Of a DNA stretch of 39,133 bases, positions 35,647 to 39,133 are shown piece after piece. The notes under the pieces were generated by a model. It did not search any database. It saw only the letters and a list, made by a program, of their open reading frames with translations, and was not told where the DNA came from. The stretch is from Octopus bimaculoides (taxonomy: Eukaryota). The stretch covers positions 691,645-730,777 of the forward strand of contig NC_069004.1 of NCBI RefSeq assembly GCF_001194135.2, in the 5' to 3' direction. A program made the translations under genes and the position numbers. Position 1 is the first letter of the stretch. Each line of letters starts with the position of its first letter.

Positions 35647-35746
35647 ATGTAACAAGATGTAACACGTCGACATGTAACAGGTGGAGAGCTAACACGTGGA
35701 AATGTTGCACGTGGTTCTATAACATGTAGAGATGTAACAAGTGATG
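35647..35746. repeat. 15-bp-period degenerate tandem array carrying E-box hexamers
   Basis: Units ATGTAACACGTCGAC, ATGTAACAGGTGGAG, AGCTAACACGTGGAA, ATGTTGCACGTGGTT, CTATAACATGTAGAG and ATGTAACAAGTGATG. Confidence 0.75.
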
Positions 35747-37629
35747 TTTGTAAGTTTATAAGTTCTGATTGTATTGAAATGAATTGATGGAAGTTAGTTT
35801 ATGCTTATTACAAATTTTATTCAAACGTTATGTAATTACACAACTGCCAGTAGTTGAAAGAAAACAAACGTTTGTATTGTGGATGGCAGCCTGTTGGCAT
35901 CGAAAATCTCTTGTCCAGTCCTTGAGGAAGGCAAAGTTTGCAAAGCTCGCATGAAAGGAATTTTGTTAGTATGTGTGTGTGAGTGTGTGAGTGTGTGTGT
36001 GTGTTTGACGTATGACAGTGTGATAGTATGCGCGAAAATTAGTCTCGTCGAAGTTGCAAAAGAAGATAGAAAGAAACTCTTCGAAAATCACAGAAGGAAC
36101 GGGTTGTTTTTACAGGTATCACGAATATGTACTCGTATTAAAGCTGAACTAAGTCACTGAAATATTTAGATTCAACACTATTTCACCTAAGATGACGGCA
36201 AATTTGACAGGAAAAAATCAAATGGATTTTAAGTGCACTATTCGAGACTAAAGGAAACGCACGTGAAGCTCAAGGTTTCGATCCCTGGTCATGAATACGC
36301 CGTATATCTTTTACAAGTGCTTTACATTCTGAGTTCAAATCTGACTGAACTCAAGTTTGACTTTCTTCCTTGCGAGGACAACAAAATAAAATATCATCTC
36401 TATAATGCATTGTAGATGTGAAAGAAAATAAACAAAATTAGAAGGATTTAGTAGATTCATTAAGCTTATGTTTTAAACAGATGTGTATAACATTTATAGT
36501 ATTTACATATATAGAACAACACTAACTGTAATAATTTGTCTCAGAGACGAATACCCAAACATTTTACATTTGAACGCTTTAAAAAAGAAAAAGACTTTTC
36601 CCTATGCACTCCCAAGGTCGTCTGTACACCGTTGTGTCGGATCATTATCTGCAAATTACGAACGAATCCTCCAAGCATTTTTGCTTGAAGCTATTCCACT
36701 TCGATTACACTAATTATGCCCTCTGGAAAAGCATTACTAGATTCCTTCACAGCCCCGCTCTTCTAAAACATGGCTTTATACCAAACCAAAAAAGCTAAAA
36801 AAACAAACAAACAAACAAAAACAGAACAAAACAAAGAACAACAGCAAAAAACAAAAACAACAACAAAAACCCCCCAATTCATTGCATCTTTAAATTAAAA
36901 CGTACATTTTTTTCAATGATAATGAATGGTCTTTTACGTCAGTAAAAGGGCACTGGATTTTTGCGTAGTGTATCGGATTAAACTAAATGTGTTGCTGTAT
37001 TTAATTATGTTTCTTTAACGTCGAATTTCAAAATCCCAGCAGCTCGACTTTATCTTTTATCCTTTTTGGGTTGATAAACAAGTATCCGTAGTCTATTGGA
37101 TCGATTCTATTGGCAACACCCTCCGATCAAAATGTATGGTTTTGTGTTCCATGTGAACATTATTGTTGACAGCACGGGTGGTCAGTCAAGGTATGGGTAG
37201 CCAGCCGAGAGGTTAGCAGTTTCGTATTTCACCAATGGCATCGAGTTGTGTCTTTTGCCAAGGTAATTGACTCTCGTATGACTCAGCTGTTAATAAATAC
37301 TACTGGGCGCAGGTCGATAAATTAAGTACCAGTTGCACACTGACTCCCTTTCCCAAAATTTCGGGCCTTGTGCCTAGAGTAGAAAAGAAAATACTACAGG
37401 GTGCAGTGTCTATTTATAGCGCTAATGTAATGTTGCTTTTAATTTTACGTAGTGTAGTTCTTTAGCTTGCAGAGATGAATTTAACCTCTCCTACTACAAC
37501 TCTTTCATATAGATAAACTCTCTCATATTTATTGCTCCAAATACAGTGTATGAAGGGGGGAGTTTTCAGTGGTGCTCTTCCTTATAGTCTCTGGAGTTAA
37601 TTGGCTTGTTACACACACTGCTAAAAACC

Positions 37630-38013
37630 TGTGTGTTGGCACTCCGTCGCTTACGACGTCAAGGGTTCCAGTTGATCCGATCAACGGAACAGCCTGCTCG
37701 TGAAATTAACGTGCAAGTGGCTGAGCACTCCACAAACACGTGCACTCTTAACGTAGTTCTCGAGGATATTCAGCGTGACACAGTGTGACAAGGCTGGCCC
37801 TTCGAATTACAGGCACAACAGAAACAGGAAATATGAGTGAGAGAAAGTTGTGGTGAAAGAGTACAGCAGGGTTCACCACCATCCCCTGTCGGAGCCTCGT
37901 GGAGCTTTAGATGTTTCCGCTCAATAAACACTCACAACGCCCGTTCTGGGAATCGAAACCGTGATCCTACGACTGCGAGTCCGCTGCCCTAACCACTGGG
38001 CCATTGCGCCTCC
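37630..38013 (-). mobile_element. Full-length SINE, family C, with 10-bp TSD
   Basis: Closely similar to 30292-30686 (roughly 90% by eye); direct repeat GCTAAAAACC at 37620-37629 and 38016-38025. Confidence 0.92.
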
Positions 38014-38831
38014 AAGCTAAAAACCAAGGGAGGTATTAATAGTTGACTGAAACTGTAGCTGTGGCAATTATTTTATTCGTGCTGACGTTGGTGACATAAG
38101 ACAAATGAATTCATCTTGTTCAGATTTCAACTTTATAAGATTTCAGTCAGCATCATTTCTACCATTGCACTCATCGTCTCTTTTTCCTTTCTTAGTTCAT
38201 AAAATGCAATAATTAATGAAAAATAATATCTTAATTGCAAATTAGTAGACAGAATTGTGTGGAAGTTCACCTGAGGGATTGTTTTTGTAATTTGTGTGGT
38301 AGCTGTTATCTGTCTCCCGGTTTAACAACACTACCACATAACACCTGGACTCAAAATGTAATAAGAAGAAACCAAATACAGACTTTTACTTCAACGTAGT
38401 ATCATTTTTGCTCATCACTTCAATGACATTTTTTTTTATTGGTCAAACTGAGACGAAGGAGCAGTGCTTGTGATCTTTGCAGGCTTTCGCAAATTGATGG
38501 GATCAGAGATGTTTGTGTCAACTTTGAATATCAGCAGATCGACGCCTATAGTTTGCGGGGAAGGTACAAATCTGTAAAATAACCCCAACCCCATCACACA
38601 CAAGCATGCACAGGCACACACATATTCTCTCTCGCTTTTTCTGTTTCTGTATTTGTCTCTTACATGCACATCAACGCATGCAAAACATACAACTTTGTGT
38701 CATATGAAGGGGGACACAAACTGAGATAAGTTGAATAGCGACAGAGTAAATCATTAGTTTTGAATGAATCAAACCAGCTCTATATCATTGTAGTTATGTA
38801 TTCTCTACTTGTTCTCATGTCTGTACATCTC

Positions 38832-38879
<48 letters not shown>

Positions 38880-39133
38880 TATATGTATATATATAATATA
38901 TACGTAAAACATACTCTTTTACTCTTTTACTTGTTTCAGTCATTTGACTGCGGCCATGCTGGAGCACCGCCTTTAGTCGAGCAAATCGACCCCAGGACTT
39001 ATTCTTTGTAAGCCTAGTACTTATTCTATCGGTTTCTTTTGCCGAACCGCTAAGTTACGAGGACGTAAACACACCACCATCGGTTGTCAAGCGATGTTCG
39101 GGGGACAATCACAGACACACAAACACATACATA

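Overview
AT-rich, gapped eukaryotic genomic DNA with no prokaryotic features. Its SINE and MITE families and dense (CA)n/(TA)n/(AAT)n tracts look like those of octopus/coleoid cephalopods; that assignment is from memory, not a search. The only host gene I can support is the 3' end of a C-terminal-motor kinesin-14 (KIFC1/Ncd-like): three + strand exons at 2208-2347, 2841-2990 and 8789-8833. The rest is mostly decayed mobile DNA: several tRNA-derived SINE families, piggyBac- and hAT-type MITEs, mariner and Tc1 remnants, RTE-type LINE fragments, two different Penelope-like fragments and at least one solo LTR. The most interesting signals are two near-canonical minimal hammerhead-ribozyme motifs (32337-32380 +, 10481-10514 -), a third degenerate one inside a ~460-bp palindrome, and seven long fold-back structures, two of them inside the kinesin pre-mRNA. 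Most ORFs in the supplied track are microsatellite or N-gap artefacts.
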